DNA of 26,146 nucleotides. It comes from a virus (lineage: Duplodnaviria > Caudoviricetes). Numbering within the stretch: the stretch's first letter is position 1; every line of letters starts with the position of its first letter. This document shows positions 23,703-26,146 of the stretch, piece after piece. The stretch is from the IMG/VR virus record IMGVR_UViG_3300032040_000043, positions 1 to 26,146 of that record; one strand, written 5' to 3'. The notes beneath the pieces were generated by a model. The model ran no database searches, had not been told where the DNA came from, and worked only from the letters and a program-made list of their open reading frames with translations. Both the position numbers and the translations under genes were made by a program.

Positions 23703-25619
23703 TTAAATATAAATTTCCTCGTTATCGTTGTTGTATTTGGATTCGTTGGTGTCTTCCTGGGTCATTGTGCCCGCCAAGCCCATTATGGTCCCTATGATGG
23801 GATCTATTCTTTTGGTGGCGATTTTTTTTGAATAGCGGATATCTTCATTGGGGTTCATTTCTGCCACGCAGCCGGATAGGGACCACTTTAAAATAGGGTG
23901 GCCACCGGTGCGAAGTTTACCCAGAAAGGCAAGGCGTTCAAATTCTTTTGTTGGAGCGGAATAATACAGGATTGTTTGCGCAAAAGGGAACATTTTAAAG
24001 CCATCGGTAGTCAGGTTTTGAACCAATTGGGTGGCATTGTGCCTGTCATAATTTATCCATTTTATATCCAGAACTTGGTAAAATGCTTTTACATATTTTT
24101 CTAAAGTGTCATAATCTATCTGGTCACCGGGAGTAGCTATCAGGGCGGTGACTTTCATAAAGAAGGGATCGTTTTCAAGGTCGGTCCCGGTGAAGTCGAT
24201 AAATTGTGAAAGCAGCATATCTTTCCAAAATTTGTAGGGAACTTTATCTTCCTTGCTGCGTTTTATGATATTATCAAGCGGGCAAAACACAAGCGGAAGC
24301 ACATCGCGAAAGCCGTTTTCATCTGGTTCGCTCACAGCCACGGCGGCGGTTAAATCTATATTCGTGGAAAGGTCCAAACCGATAACGGCGCCGCCGCGAA
24401 GGAAGTTTTTAAGCTGGATCTTGCCGTTGTTTTTGTTCCAAACGGCTTCCGGAATTCTAATTTCGGGAGCATCTACCCACATATTGAGGTGTTTTGTTTT
24501 GAAATTGGAAGCTTTACTGGGTTGGTTTACGGCTTTCAGATATTCGTCGCGGAACCTGTCTATTGAAAGTCCCTGGCCCAATAAGGGATTTGCCTTGATC
24601 CAGGTAGTTTCATCTTCCCAATCGTCATCTTCATCCAGATCGTGGATCATAATAATCAGGGAATCATCTTCTTTTATTTCGTCGAGGATCTCTTTGCAGA
24701 CATCTTCGTAATTTTTGCAAACTCCATGGATAAAAACTCCGGCGGTTGTGATGTGCCAGGTAATGGGTTGGCTCCGGTTTACTGAAGAAGATTCCAAGTT
24801 TTCTTTTACGCTGTCATCCTTATGTGCGTGGTATTCATCAATTATAGCAATGTGGGAATTGATTCCATCCTGTGTTTTTGAATCACCTCCAAGCGGCATA
24901 AGTACTGATCCTGTTTTATCGCACCAAATTTCCTTTTGCTTGCAGCGGAATTTCAAAACCTGTTGCATCAAAGGGTTTGCGTGGTGACTGTCGATAAAGC
25001 TTTTGGCCTGTTTCCAGCATATTTTGGCCTGCTCTTCTTTTGTGGCGCCAACATAGACTTCGGCTTCACTCTCATTGTCAAAGCTCATTCCAAAGCAAGC
25101 AACCCCAGCCATCTCTGCAGATTTTCCGTTCTTTTTCGCACGTTTATCATATACGGTTTTCACGCGGCGTAAATCAGGTTCTTTATCAAAAATTTTAGCG
25201 GCTAAATCTTCCTTTTCAGGAAACTCGGAAGGATCTATATCAAATTTTTCGGATAGCTTTTCCATATATTTCCGATCCATAAGCATTAATTCTTCTACCC
25301 TAGAGGTCTTTAGTTTTTCTGTTTTCTTTTTTTTCCATCCGAAAACATTATACATTGTAAACTTCTGGAATGGAGCCAGTGAAAACGGCTGGCCTGCCAG
25401 GGAACCTTTTGTGTGATTAAGCAATGCCGGAAAGAAATTGATTGCCTGCATCCCTATTTCGTGATCCAGGTAAAAGCCTTTTTCATCGGCTTCATCGATC
25501 CATCTAAAGAAACGCTCACAAGCCTGCTGAATGCGGCGGCCCGTGATTATTTTTCCATCCAGTACGTCGTGTGCGTATCGGAAGGGAATGGAGTTTTGCA
25601 TTTCTTTTGTGATTTCCAT
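23703..25619 (-). CDS. terL: Terminase large subunit
   Basis: LAPFQ adenine motif, Walker A AKKNGKS, Walker B AIIDEYH, ITTAG, WIKANP, nuclease GLDLSTNIDLTA and KRIDPI. Confidence 0.96.
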   Translation of the reverse strand: MEITKEMQNSIPFRYAHDVLDGKIITGRRIQQACERFFRWIDEADEKGFYLDHEIGMQAINFFPALLNHTKGSLAGQPFSLAPFQKFTMYNVFGWKKKKTEKLKTSRVEELMLMDRKYMEKLSEKFDIDPSEFPEKEDLAAKIFDKEPDLRRVKTVYDKRAKKNGKSAEMAGVACFGMSFDNESEAEVYVGATKEEQAKICWKQAKSFIDSHHANPLMQQVLKFRCKQKEIWCDKTGSVLMPLGGDSKTQDGINSHIAIIDEYHAHKDDSVKENLESSSVNRSQPITWHITTAGVFIHGVCKNYEDVCKEILDEIKEDDSLIIMIHDLDEDDDWEDETTWIKANPLLGQGLSIDRFRDEYLKAVNQPSKASNFKTKHLNMWVDAPEIRIPEAVWNKNNGKIQLKNFLRGGAVIGLDLSTNIDLTAAVAVSEPDENGFRDVLPLVFCPLDNIIKRSKEDKVPYKFWKDMLLSQFIDFTGTDLENDPFFMKVTALIATPGDQIDYDTLEKYVKAFYQVLDIKWINYDRHNATQLVQNLTTDGFKMFPFAQTILYYSAPTKEFERLAFLGKLRTGGHPILKWSLSGCVAEMNPNEDIRYSKKIATKRIDPIIGTIMGLAGTMTQEDTNESKYNNDNEEIYI

Positions 25620-25620
25620 T

Positions 25621-26097
25621 TTATGATGATTGTTTCAGGGCTTGTTGAAGTTGTTCGAAGGCGTCGAGTTGGTTGTCGGGTTGTTTTTCTTCTTTCAGTT
25701 TTTTGCGATCCAGGAATGAGAATCCAAAGTGTTTTGATAGTTCGTCAATTTCCTTCAGCATCTTTTCCCGGATAGTGATGTGAGCACTTACATTTGTGGC
25801 TCCATTGGAGAAAGTTTGAATAAGTCCGCCGTTGTAACCTTTTTCCTGAATTTTGTTTTCTGCCTGGATATAATAATCTACAGACCGGGCAAGTCGGTGC
25901 AGATGGATAAGATCCGGGCGCATTAATTTTTTAGTAGCCACTAACTGATCTCCAAAATAAGCATACCAGTAGTTTTGATCTTTAGTCAGATTAAAACGGG
26001 AGCTGGACACTGGCAACTTCGAAAGAGGCGTGTAGAGATCTGCAGCATTTGTTTTGCCTTCCCCTTTCATTACAATCATTTTACCTTTGTTTTCCAT
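25621..26097 (-). CDS. terS: Terminase small subunit (P27-like)
   Basis: Directly upstream of terL; C-terminal NVSAHITIREK...SKHFGFSFLDRKKL. Confidence 0.85.
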   Translation of the reverse strand: MENKGKMIVMKGEGKTNAADLYTPLSKLPVSSSRFNLTKDQNYWYAYFGDQLVATKKLMRPDLIHLHRLARSVDYYIQAENKIQEKGYNGGLIQTFSNGATNVSAHITIREKMLKEIDELSKHFGFSFLDRKKLKEEKQPDNQLDAFEQLQQALKQSS

Positions 26098-26146
26098 ATC
26101 AATAATTTTAATTATATTCTTACCCCCCCTACCTAAAAATCATCAC

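Noticed and set aside
1344-25775. Numerous plus-strand ORFs in the track (e.g. 9589-9984, 12355-12852, 13830-14291, 24253-24711)
   Set aside because: They are antisense shadows of well-supported minus-strand phage genes with no motifs of their own. Only 21208-21396 is accepted.
26121-26133. cos site suggested by the G-run upstream of terS
   Set aside because: The position is plausible, but the window ends here and a G-run alone cannot define cohesive ends.
1-26146. Integron integrase or other recombinase for the cassette array
   Set aside because: No ORF of suitable size with tyrosine-recombinase R-H-x-x-R-H-Y or serine-recombinase motifs was seen. It may lie outside the window.

Overview
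The window is the late (virion morphogenesis and lysis) region of an HK97-fold siphovirus or prophage, almost entirely on the minus strand. Reading right to left it has terS, terL, an accessory insert, portal, prohead protease, major capsid, head-tail and tail genes, tape measure, tail-tip/fibre genes, holin, GH108 endolysin and a partial spanin-like gene. TAnnTTTG promoters and A-rich start regions without Shine-Dalgarno sequences point to a Bacteroidota (probably Flavobacteriaceae) host. The main unexplained structure is an integron-like gene-cassette array between terL and portal (about 18.9-20.6 kb). It has four attC-like hairpins and a candidate attI-like end. Each cassette is bounded by self-complementary R boxes and all cassette genes are antisense to the attC polarity. 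No integrase is present in the window, and the array appears to be driven by a divergent promoter/HTH switch at its far end. Other oddities: an FN3 domain split between two tail-fibre genes by one in-frame TAA; an initiator-tRNA-like element with a GCU anticodon near a tape-measure gene that has AGC where ATG is expected; 11 co-oriented REP-like palindromes, three inside coding sequence; a helical insertion in TerL; and a possibly dead metzincin-like secreted protein. All family assignments come from motif recognition by eye; no searches were run.
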